Part shown: positions 16,265 through 24,790 of the stretch, piece after piece | How the letters are laid out: each line of letters begins with the position of its first letter | Numbering within the stretch: position 1 is the first letter of the stretch | NCBI GenBank assembly: GCA_042216335.1 | Contig: JBDGTY010000006.1 | Span: 26,042 to 60,854 of the forward strand | Length of the DNA: 34,813 nt | Origin: Candidatus Nanohalobium sp. | Lineage (GTDB): Archaea; Nanohalarchaeota; Nanosalinia; Nanosalinales; Nanosalinaceae | Direction: 5' to 3' | Notes under the pieces: model-generated | Database searches by the model: none | What the model was told of the DNA's origin: nothing | The model's input: the letters and a program-made list of their open reading frames with translations, nothing else | Position numbers and translations under genes: made by a program

Positions 16265-18271
16265 ATGGCGATACTCCCTGACTCCGAACTGAAGAAACTC
16301 GTCAACCAGAAAGACGCAGTCTACGTCGACGACGGCCCGGAAATCGATGAAGATCTCCAGATCGGCCCTTCAAGCATGGATCTCAGGATGGGATACGAGT
16401 TCGGAGTCCTCAACACCCGGAAGATCGAAAAAGTCGACACAAAAAACATGGAAAAGTACTCGGACTACATGAAAAATGAGAAACACTCCGCAGAAGAAGG
16501 AGTAGTCGTCCATCCCGGAGAATTCATCCTCGGATCTACACTTGAAACAGTAAACGTGCCCAGCAATCTCGTCGCCCGCGTAGAAGGACGCAGCAGCTAC
16601 GGAAGGCTTGGCATAATAGTCCACGCTTCTCTACCTTATGATGAGCAGATTCTTCACTGGAACGAAGAAAACGGCTATAGATTCCTTGAGATAGGGAAGA
16701 TAGTTGAGGAAGAAGTGGAAGGTTATGCTGTTTCATTTAATCCTGAAACCAAGGAAGTAAGTAAGCATCAGATAACTGATTTTATAGAAAATCCTCCAAA
16801 AGATATCTACCGAGTTGAGACAGAGAAAGGTCGTGAAGTACGTATAACGGAGGATCACAACCTATTCACCCTAAGTGGAGAGGGTGATATCGAGAAAGTG
16901 AAGACCCAAAACGTCGAAGGAGAGAGAATCGCAGTCCCGCGTAAGATTGAGACCGGAAACAAAGTTCCAGAAGTAGATTTAGTTGAACTTTTCAGAGAGA
17001 AAGGCCTTGAAGAGGATGTGATGGTTTCCTCCCAAGGTATAGTCCAGAAAGCCAGTGTCGAAAACAAAGAGATGGAAAGATACTATGCTGAAGAGGATAC
17101 GGCACCTCTAAAATCTGTAGACAAAATTAGCGGAGAAGCACAACTGTCTTTCAAGCAGAGCACGGCACAGTTCAATCAGAAACTTAAACTAACACCTGCA
17201 TTCGCCTATACAGCCGGGTTCTTCCTAGCAGAAGGAGCACAGAGAAGAAAGCAACTTAACTTTGCAAACAAGAACACGAAATTCCTGGAAAAAGTCAAGG
17301 ATTATTTCAGGCAGTTCGATGTCGGTTTCTACGAGAAGGAAGATGAAAACAACTGTACATACCTGACCGTCAGTTCGGCCTTTTTCTCCAAAGTCTTCGA
17401 GGCACTGGACCTAGCCGACAAGCGAATCGGAGATAAGCTCCTAGATATGCCAGAAGAATGTCTGGAACAGCTCTACCAGGGTCTGATCGATGGAGATGCA
17501 GCAATCCGAGGAGATAGAGTGGAATACTATACCTCCAGCAAGGATTTAGCCAGCGACATATCCTATCTATGCTCAATGCTTGGCAAGGTCTGCAGTATAA
17601 CTTACCGGGAAAGAGAAGACGGTAGAGACGAGTACCGACTTGAGATAAGAGAAAAACCTCATAAACTGCTACAAGGCATCCCAGTACCTTCAAAGCTCTT
17701 AAGACACGTCCGAAGCGAAATAGGGCTCTCCATGAAAGAGGTGGCATCCGAACTAGGCTACAGCTCCAAGAGCAGCATCTCAAACCTTGAAAACAAGGAA
17801 TATGAGACAGTCAGGAGAAAAAATCTTCAAAAAATCTCCCAGTACTACTACAAAAGAGCAGAGGACAAAGAGGCTAAACAAAAGGCAGAGAAACTGAGAC
17901 AGATAGCCAATTCAGATCTCCTATTCGACCAAGTAGAAAGGGTGGAAAAGATAGCAGAGAAACAGCCAAACTACGACCTCGAAGTCCAGCCAAATGGACA
18001 GAAAATCGAGAACTTTCTCGGAGGGCATGGAGGCATCTTCCTGAGCAACACAGCAGGCTACATAGACCCCGGATTTGAGGGCGACATCACTCTGGAGATA
18101 CAGAACCTTGGAAACGCACCAGTAAAGCTCTATCCCGAGGATCGTGTCTGCCAGATAGTCTTTGAGACCATGACAGAGGAGGCAGAGAGCCCGTACGGCG
18201 AGAAAAAAGACACAAAATACATGGGGCAGACAGGAGCGACCGGATCGCGGCTTGAAGAAGAGAAGCGGTAG
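16265..18271 (+). CDS. dcd: dCTP deaminase containing an intein
   Basis: QIGPSSMDLR, PGEFILGST, EGRSSYGRLGIIVHA|TAGYIDPGFEGDITLEI, RVCQIVF and KYMGQ. Spliced product 194 aa. Confidence 0.96.
   Translation: MAILPDSELKKLVNQKDAVYVDDGPEIDEDLQIGPSSMDLRMGYEFGVLNTRKIEKVDTKNMEKYSDYMKNEKHSAEEGVVVHPGEFILGSTLETVNVPSNLVARVEGRSSYGRLGIIVHASLPYDEQILHWNEENGYRFLEIGKIVEEEVEGYAVSFNPETKEVSKHQITDFIENPPKDIYRVETEKGREVRITEDHNLFTLSGEGDIEKVKTQNVEGERIAVPRKIETGNKVPEVDLVELFREKGLEEDVMVSSQGIVQKASVENKEMERYYAEEDTAPLKSVDKISGEAQLSFKQSTAQFNQKLKLTPAFAYTAGFFLAEGAQRRKQLNFANKNTKFLEKVKDYFRQFDVGFYEKEDENNCTYLTVSSAFFSKVFEALDLADKRIGDKLLDMPEECLEQLYQGLIDGDAAIRGDRVEYYTSSKDLASDISYLCSMLGKVCSITYREREDGRDEYRLEIREKPHKLLQGIPVPSKLLRHVRSEIGLSMKEVASELGYSSKSSISNLENKEYETVRRKNLQKISQYYYKRAEDKEAKQKAEKLRQIANSDLLFDQVERVEKIAEKQPNYDLEVQPNGQKIENFLGGHGGIFLSNTAGYIDPGFEGDITLEIQNLGNAPVKLYPEDRVCQIVFETMTEEAESPYGEKKDTKYMGQTGATGSRLEEEKR
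16628..18049 (+). mobile_element. Intein (474 aa) with LAGLIDADG homing endonuclease and XRE-type HTH
   Basis: Starts SLPYDE, block B ITEDHNLF, endonuclease motifs AGFFLAEG and QGLIDGD, HTH GLSMKEVASELGYSSKSSISNLE, block F NYDLEV, ends FLSN|T. Visibly more A/T-rich than the exteins. Confidence 0.93.
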
Positions 18272-18313
18272 GAGAATTTCACAAACTTATATCTTGCATT
18301 TCTATCCTGAAGT

Positions 18314-18547
18314 ATGCCTGAGTTGTTCGGAGTAGTGTTTGATGAGGTCGAGGAGGATTCCAGGGCCGAAGTATACAGAAAAGAAGGCTACGGAGGAGAC
18401 AAGGCTCTAAGAAGTCTTGACAGATTCGGAAGCTGGAACTGGAAATCAACGAACAGAGGTTTTGTCGGCGACGTAAAACTCAGCTCGGAGAAATACGTGG
18501 CGGAGATAGAAGAAAACCAAACAACCCTCTACAAGGAACCGATTTAA
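18314..18547 (+). CDS. Small hypothetical protein
   Basis: 77-aa ORF filling the dcd-TatD gap. AT box (CTTATAT) about 23 nt upstream, stop 3 nt before the TatD ATG. Confidence 0.6.
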   Translation: MPELFGVVFDEVEEDSRAEVYRKEGYGGDKALRSLDRFGSWNWKSTNRGFVGDVKLSSEKYVAEIEENQTTLYKEPI

Positions 18548-18550
18548 GCC

Positions 18551-19291
18551 ATGAACCCTGTAGACTGTCACTGCCACCTCGACTTCGAGAAATTCGACGA
18601 GGACAGAGACAAAGTCGTCGAGAGAGCCAGGGAAGAACTCGAATTTGTCGTAACTGTGGGCTGTACCCCGGAGAGAAACCGGAAGACACTGGAGATAGCA
18701 GGAAAATATCCGGAATTTGTGATCCCCAACCTCGGGCTTCATCCGACATATACCGACGAGTTCGAGAACCTGGACGAGGTCAAGAATCAGATCAGGGAGA
18801 ATGATCCTCCCGCAATCGGTGAGATCGGACTGGACCATCACCATGTAACAGACGAAGTTTTGAGGGAGGAGCAGAGGAAGGTTTTCCGGGAACTTCTGGA
18901 GCTTGCCAAAGAGCTGGGAAAGCCTGTGAACGTGCACAGTCGTGAGGCGGAGCAGGAGGTCATCGATATACTGAAGGAGTACGAGCTGCCTGGAGCGCTG
19001 ATCCACTGTTTCAACGGGACTCCGGAACAGGCACTGGAAGCAGCGGAGAACGGAGTTACTATCGGTGTGACGACCCAGGTGCTGTACTCTTCACGAGTCC
19101 AGGATATCGTTGGGAAGCTGGATGTTGATGATGTAGTGCTGGAGACGGATTCGCCTTTCCTGTACCAGGGAGAACGTAACGAGCCTGTGAACGTTGTTGA
19201 GTCAGCGGAGAAGATCGCAGAGCTGAAGGATACGCCAGTTGAGAAAGTGGTTGAGGCGACGACGGAGAATGCCAGAGAGATTTTCCGGTAG
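18551..19291 (+). CDS. tatD: TatD family nuclease
   Basis: DCHCH, GLHP, IGEIGLD, VHSR, IHCF and LETDSP motifs. Confidence 0.96.
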   Translation: MNPVDCHCHLDFEKFDEDRDKVVERAREELEFVVTVGCTPERNRKTLEIAGKYPEFVIPNLGLHPTYTDEFENLDEVKNQIRENDPPAIGEIGLDHHHVTDEVLREEQRKVFRELLELAKELGKPVNVHSREAEQEVIDILKEYELPGALIHCFNGTPEQALEAAENGVTIGVTTQVLYSSRVQDIVGKLDVDDVVLETDSPFLYQGERNEPVNVVESAEKIAELKDTPVEKVVEATTENAREIFR

Positions 19292-19336
19292 TGCTTAAAG
19301 TGTGAGGTTATAACTTTTTGACAGGGTTACTTGATC

Positions 19337-19801
19337 ATGGTTTTGCAGAGATTTAAAGACAAAGTTAACGGAGAGCCCAACGTTGCAGTGTACGTCGACG
19401 GCCCAAATGTTGTCCGGAAGGAGTTCGATCTGGATCTCGACGAGTTAAGAGAAAAGGTCGGAGAGTTCGGCAACATAAAGGTCGGGAAAGTCTTCCTCAA
19501 CCAGTATGCTTCGGACAAGTTGATTGAAGCTATCGTTTCACAGGGTTTTGAAGCAGCACTCGGCCTTGGAGGAGAGAAAGCCAAGGAGAGCGATGTAGAT
19601 GTCTACATGGCAGTCAATGCGATGGAGTCAGTTTTCAGCGATGATATAGATGTTGTTGTACTGGTTACAAGAGATACTGACTTCCTGCCAGTTATCCAGA
19701 AAGCCAAGGAGTACGGCAAGGAGACCGTTATCATGGGAATGGATCCTGGCTTCTCGACAGCACTGAAAAACGCAGCAGATCAGGTCGTTACACTGGAATA
19801 G
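19337..19801 (+). CDS. NYN (PIN-like) domain protein, archaeal TIGR00288-like
   Basis: YVDGPN, LNQYASDKLIEA, DVDV and LVTRDTDFLP motifs. ATG 19337 preferred over TTG 19331. Confidence 0.9.
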   Translation: MVLQRFKDKVNGEPNVAVYVDGPNVVRKEFDLDLDELREKVGEFGNIKVGKVFLNQYASDKLIEAIVSQGFEAALGLGGEKAKESDVDVYMAVNAMESVFSDDIDVVVLVTRDTDFLPVIQKAKEYGKETVIMGMDPGFSTALKNAADQVVTLE

Positions 19802-19804
19802 GCT

Positions 19805-20128
19805 ATGGGTCCCGTAAAATTTTACGATCCAATGGGCCTGGCGGATCTAGCGTCAGGCCTGCTGCTTTTATTCACCGCATCACCTATACCAGCAGGTATA
19901 GCCGAGATACATGCAATCTTCCTGATAGTTAAGGGCCTGGGCACCATGATACGCGCCCTGCCTCTGCCAACGCCCTTCTACTACCTGGGCGGGCCGGCAG
20001 ACCTGATATCCGCGTCTATACTGCTCGTAGGACAGCCACCACTGTTCGCAGAATACAAGAGTATACTCGCAGGAATACTGATGCTGAAAGGCCTGTGGTC
20101 CTCTTTCAGCCTGATGAAGTACCTCTAG
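19805..20128 (+). CDS. Small integral membrane protein
   Basis: Hydrophobic 107 aa with an internal duplication (GxADLxS...KGL twice). Confidence 0.8.
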   Translation: MGPVKFYDPMGLADLASGLLLLFTASPIPAGIAEIHAIFLIVKGLGTMIRALPLPTPFYYLGGPADLISASILLVGQPPLFAEYKSILAGILMLKGLWSSFSLMKYL

Positions 20129-20802
20129 ACCCCATTCAGGCTCTGGTTGATCCTCTTCAATAAGTCGATTATCTGTTCGTTCTGTGCCTTGATCTCCTCG
20201 AACTCCGAGCGCTGATCCGAGACCGACTGCGAATCAGGAGTCATCCCGGCGTTCTGCATCTTCTTCCGGGTGTTGTTGCTGAGCTGTGGAGAGGAGTTTC
20301 CCGGCTCGGGTCTGCCGCTCTGAGGGTTCGGACTTCGCTGACTGCCCTGACTGCCTCTCTGACCGGACTGACCTCTGTTCCCTGTATTTCTGCCCTGGCC
20401 TCCTCTTCCATTCGGATTGCCGTGATTAGTGTTTGGCGAACTTCCCCCCTGAGGGTTTCCCTGCGGATTGTTTCCCCCAGGCGGATGACCACTGTTCTGA
20501 TTGCTGTGGCCTGGCGGAGTATTGCCGTTCCCGGTTTGGCCTCCCGGATTCCGTCGATTGTTTCCAGAGGGATTATTCATAGATTTTCCGGAGTTACGGG
20601 AACCTCCAGAGTTCCCGATTGAACCTGTGGAATCGTTGCCATGAGAGTTTCCAGGACTGCCACCCAGAGAATCTCCTGAGCCGCCAAGCGAACCATCGGA
20701 GTCTCCGAAAGAGTCGTCAAGTCCGCCGTCAAGGCCGGAGTCCATGGAGTCGTTTCCTCCACCTCCTCCCATCCGGGATTTGAGGTCGTCGATTACGCTC
20801 AC
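20125..20802 (-). CDS. Gly/Ser/Asn/Gln-rich low-complexity protein with short terminal helices
   Basis: GTG start with an AT box about 23 nt upstream. ~170 disordered residues and C-terminal helix EFEEIKAQNEQIIDLLKRINQSL. Confidence 0.75.
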   Translation of the reverse strand: MSVIDDLKSRMGGGGGNDSMDSGLDGGLDDSFGDSDGSLGGSGDSLGGSPGNSHGNDSTGSIGNSGGSRNSGKSMNNPSGNNRRNPGGQTGNGNTPPGHSNQNSGHPPGGNNPQGNPQGGSSPNTNHGNPNGRGGQGRNTGNRGQSGQRGSQGSQRSPNPQSGRPEPGNSSPQLSNNTRKKMQNAGMTPDSQSVSDQRSEFEEIKAQNEQIIDLLKRINQSLNGV

Positions 20803-20885
20803 GGAAACTGTTTGCCGATGCCCGGTTTAATGTTTTTTCCATACTCAAGTGAAATAAAAAGTCCGGAAGGGATAGAACAGGGGGA

Positions 20886-23102
20886 CTAGAGCCGGCCGTT
20901 CATCTTCCTGTAGCCGACCTCCGCAAGGAAGACGATCAAAGCAGCGAGTAATAAGAAGGGTGCGAGCGAAACCTGCTGCCTGACCGTTCGGTCGATCTCC
21001 TCTACCTCCTCATTTATCTCACCGGCGTTTGAGAAGTCGAAAATGCTTCCTCCTGTTTTCTGGGCGATCTTCGAGAGCTTGTCCTGGTTCAGGCCGATCT
21101 TTCTGATCTCCGGATGGTAGTTGTAGGCGTACGTCTCGTTCCTCCAGGAATGTATCCCGAGACCGGGTTTTTCCAGTTCACCAATGTATAGGTCGCGTGA
21201 CTGCCGGGTCAATCCCTTTAACTGGTAGGAGGCACTTACTTCGGGCTTCTCTGGCCTCGATGCATCGGATACGTCCAGCCATCTGTCCTTCTTCCTCTGC
21301 GGGTTGCCGACCGTCCAGGAGACCGTTCTTGAGATCAGGCCAGGATCGGTCTTGACTGTTCTGTCGAGGTTCTTGCCGCCTGCGGAGAACGCTGCTACCC
21401 TGCCGAGTCCGTATCTCCAGGTGGAGAGGAATTCCTTGCCGTTCGAGCCGGAGACCAGTGTATTCGCCGATCTCTTCGTCTTCACAGGTTTGAAGCCTGT
21501 TGTCGCCCCGTCAAGCTCCAGTCCCTCGGTGATGAAGTGGTTCGGGTTCACCACTGCGATAGGTGTGTACTGTGATTCTCCACCGCCCGAGCCGAAACGG
21601 AATTTCAGCCTACCGGCCTCCTTGTTCTCGAGGTAGTAGCCACCAGTGGTTTTGGCGATGTCCTTGAGTAGAGGCTTGTTCGGATCCTCTCCCATGCCGA
21701 CGGTTATCAGCTTGGCCTCCATCGCATTGGCCTCGGTACGTGTCTTGAATGCGATGTTCTGCCTGTTGTACACTCCTATCCTACCGTCGCTCAGCATCAC
21801 GACCGTGTCGTTCTTCTCTGCCAGCGAGGCTGCACCTCTGATACCCAGATCGTGGAATGATGGTCCAGAAGGCGAGATCTTTGAGATCTTCCTCTTTATC
21901 TCCTTTCTGCTGTATGCAAGGGATTTGGGTTCGGATACAAGGTATGATTCACGGTTGTAGGCGACTACACCGACCTCGTTACTCTTTTTGAGAGTATCGA
22001 CCAGAGAGTAGGCGATCCTGAGAGACTCCTTGCTTACTTTGCCCTGCTCACCGACCTTGAAGCATACGTCAGTGTTCTTGGATTGGCAGCTTCCTGTGCT
22101 GGCGGAGATATCGATCAGTATTATGACTCGGGCGCCTGCTTCCTCATCTTCTTTTTGATCTTTCTGCACGGGAAGATAAGACGGAATCCGCTCCATTGAG
22201 CCGGTGTACATCAGGCCGTTTCCGTCGGCTATGTAGTTCCTGAGCCTCTGACTGTCCAATGGTTTCTTCATGATTACTGTGTAGTAGTCTTCAAGGTTTT
22301 CCGGCAGGTTCTGCCTGTTGTCGACCTCGTAGAACTTCTTCAGGTTCTGTTCAAGTATTCCGGTCTTGCCGATGGCGAGTATCTCCGGTTTCTCCCTGAC
22401 CTCAACTGTTTTGTAGTACCTGTTGTTCCTCGTAAAGATGTCGTTCGATGTGATCGCGGCCTGGATCGTGTGCTGTCCTTTCAACTGGAACTTCCGGTTG
22501 AAGCTGTAGGAATCATTGATTTTGCCGGTGTATATGACTTCTCCGTCGAGCGTGATGTTGACGGGGACCGGTTTCTCCCTTGTCGAGCTTATCTTGACCT
22601 GGAATGTGTTCTGCGCTCCCAGGACTGTTGTGAAGGGACCTTCTATCCTGACCGCTGCTTCAACCCGGGTTTCTGGCCTGTAGATGGATACAGTGGCGTT
22701 CTTCCTCTTCGCTGTTTTCACGAGTTCTGAAGTCTGTTCTTCGGTCTGTCCGTCGGTGACGAGGAGGTTGTAGCTTCCCTGTTCGATGGTTGAGGCTGCC
22801 TGTGAGAAGATCCTGGAGTTGTTGCCCTGTATGAATACTGTTCTGGTTCCGTCGACAGGTACGTTTTTCTCCAGGACCCTGGCGGATGTGGTATTGTCGA
22901 TGAGGATATTGATCTTCTGCTCCGTCGTGGCCTGTTTCACCTGTGTTATGGCCGGGCCTGCTGCGGCTGCGACCAGAAGTACTATCACAAGTGTTCTGGT
23001 TCCTGCCACCTTCCTGGTGTAGTTTTCGCCTCGCGGGATGAGTTTCAGGGCTAGAAGCGCTAGTGGAAGAAGCACCAGGAATTCCGGGTTCTGCAGCATC
23101 AT
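20886..23102 (-). CDS. Membrane-anchored VWA domain protein (with Ig-like and GATase-like segments)
   Basis: Two N-terminal TM helices, MIDAS ILIDISAS...MLSDG, degenerate first VWA (ILIDNTTS...LVTDG), WRYGLGRVAAF and C-terminal TM. Confidence 0.88.
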   Translation of the reverse strand: MMLQNPEFLVLLPLALLALKLIPRGENYTRKVAGTRTLVIVLLVAAAAGPAITQVKQATTEQKINILIDNTTSARVLEKNVPVDGTRTVFIQGNNSRIFSQAASTIEQGSYNLLVTDGQTEEQTSELVKTAKRKNATVSIYRPETRVEAAVRIEGPFTTVLGAQNTFQVKISSTREKPVPVNITLDGEVIYTGKINDSYSFNRKFQLKGQHTIQAAITSNDIFTRNNRYYKTVEVREKPEILAIGKTGILEQNLKKFYEVDNRQNLPENLEDYYTVIMKKPLDSQRLRNYIADGNGLMYTGSMERIPSYLPVQKDQKEDEEAGARVIILIDISASTGSCQSKNTDVCFKVGEQGKVSKESLRIAYSLVDTLKKSNEVGVVAYNRESYLVSEPKSLAYSRKEIKRKISKISPSGPSFHDLGIRGAASLAEKNDTVVMLSDGRIGVYNRQNIAFKTRTEANAMEAKLITVGMGEDPNKPLLKDIAKTTGGYYLENKEAGRLKFRFGSGGGESQYTPIAVVNPNHFITEGLELDGATTGFKPVKTKRSANTLVSGSNGKEFLSTWRYGLGRVAAFSAGGKNLDRTVKTDPGLISRTVSWTVGNPQRKKDRWLDVSDASRPEKPEVSASYQLKGLTRQSRDLYIGELEKPGLGIHSWRNETYAYNYHPEIRKIGLNQDKLSKIAQKTGGSIFDFSNAGEINEEVEEIDRTVRQQVSLAPFLLLAALIVFLAEVGYRKMNGRL

Positions 23103-24763
23103 CTGAGTTCACCTCTGCGGGAAAGATACGTCATCTCCAGTGCTCCGATCAATGCGAGCAGTGCCGCGATGTACTTCCGGGCCGGATCCCTACCAGGGCT
23201 GTCTCCTACATCCGTCCTTGAAGTGGCAGTGTTGATATTTGGTGAGGACTCCTCCGGGTTGAGGAGATTGGCCGCATACGTCGGCTTGCCCCTGTAAAAA
23301 CCTGTCCCGGGGACAGTGGTGTAGCCCCTGATCTTCCGGCCGCGATAGGTGACGGAGTTCCCGAAGGTGTGCTGCGTGCCTGTCTCCAGGTTAAGCTCGC
23401 TTCCGGTCTTCAGGTCTGTCATCCTTCCGATCACCTGTTTCCAGAAGATTGGGTAGTTAAGCTTCTGACCGAAGCTTCCATCATCGACGTTGTAGAGCAG
23501 TACATCCTCATCCTGAGACAGCACCAGTGCCTCCTCAGGCTCCGCCAGGGATGTACCGGTGACGTCGTAGCCAGTTACAGATGAGTTGAAGCTGGTCGCC
23601 ATCCCTGCCGAAACCCTGACCTGTGTAGTGTAACTCCCAGAAGCATTTTCCACAGGCGCGAACTCGGGCAAGTCTTCTCTGTTCTCAAGTATAATTTTAG
23701 CGCCAGCCTTCAATTTCTGCCTCAGCTTGGTTTTTCTTTCCTCTGTCAGCTCGAACTCCTCTCCTATGAAGTAGACGTCAGCCTCACTGATGCTTTCATG
23801 ATGAGTGTAGGAGGTCGAGTTGATGAGTTCGATAGCCGTCCTGAAGTACCTGCTTTCCTCTCCGAGGTACGCGACCTTTATGTTCCTGTTCTCCGGCATC
23901 GAGACGTACAGCTTGTTATCCAGTGAGAACTCATCCATCGGAAGGGAGAGCTCCTTGGCGCCACCCGAGAGATCTATTGAAACTGTCTCCGATGAGAGAG
24001 GTGGAATGACCACTTTCCTGTTCTCCCCCGGCTTCTGCAGTTCGATGGTCCGATTCCGGTCGATGAAGTTCCGGATTGTGACCTCGGCCCTCCCGTTCTC
24101 TACCCTCAGATCAGTGAACCCGTGACTGTTCCTGTGGTCGATATCCATGACTTTGACCGTCCTGTCAGCCGCAAGCTCGTTAAGCACAGAATCCAGGTCT
24201 CCGCCACCCGTATGATCCATGTCAGATGCGATCACAACTTTTCCTCCGAAGTTCGAGGCCAGCTGGAGGGCTGAGACAAGGTCTGTGCTCGAGGCCGAGT
24301 TCTCGTGGCCCTGTATGAAGCTGCGCGCCCTCTCCGTCGAGGCATCCCGCAACTCGATCTCAGGGCTTCCTGATACAGTGATAATCGTGTTCCTGTTGCC
24401 GAGGTGCTTCAACGCAAAGTTTTCGACCTGCTGTCGGTTGTCATGCATGCTCGCAGAGGTATCAAGGAGGATAACGGTTTTCCCATCCGATTCAAGGCCG
24501 GAAACCAACGGATTGGCGATCGCCAAGGCCGCTAGAGAGATAAACAGTATGTGTAGCAACAGAAGACGGTTTCTCTTGAGCGCCTGGAGAGCGTTCTGTA
24601 TCTTTCCCTTTTTCTGATCCTCGGAGAAGAACGCCATCGACGGCATGACCTCTTCCTCAGGCTTCGGCTTCACCAGGTAGGAGATCAACAAAGGGATTAT
24701 CCCGAGAAGGGCGAGGAGGCCTGCTGGGTTGACGAAGTTCCGGGTTATCGCTTCAATCATCAC
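23099..24763 (-). CDS. BatA N-terminal + VWA domain membrane protein
   Basis: FVNPAGLLALLGIIPLLISYLVKPKP...MPS BatA signature, ALAIANP, MIDAS ILLDTSASM, IASD, ANLLNPEES and C-terminal TM. Confidence 0.9.
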   Translation of the reverse strand: MMIEAITRNFVNPAGLLALLGIIPLLISYLVKPKPEEEVMPSMAFFSEDQKKGKIQNALQALKRNRLLLLHILFISLAALAIANPLVSGLESDGKTVILLDTSASMHDNRQQVENFALKHLGNRNTIITVSGSPEIELRDASTERARSFIQGHENSASSTDLVSALQLASNFGGKVVIASDMDHTGGGDLDSVLNELAADRTVKVMDIDHRNSHGFTDLRVENGRAEVTIRNFIDRNRTIELQKPGENRKVVIPPLSSETVSIDLSGGAKELSLPMDEFSLDNKLYVSMPENRNIKVAYLGEESRYFRTAIELINSTSYTHHESISEADVYFIGEEFELTEERKTKLRQKLKAGAKIILENREDLPEFAPVENASGSYTTQVRVSAGMATSFNSSVTGYDVTGTSLAEPEEALVLSQDEDVLLYNVDDGSFGQKLNYPIFWKQVIGRMTDLKTGSELNLETGTQHTFGNSVTYRGRKIRGYTTVPGTGFYRGKPTYAANLLNPEESSPNINTATSRTDVGDSPGRDPARKYIAALLALIGALEMTYLSRRGELR

Positions 24764-24790
24764 TAGTCAATAGTTGTGGCCCAGCGGTTT

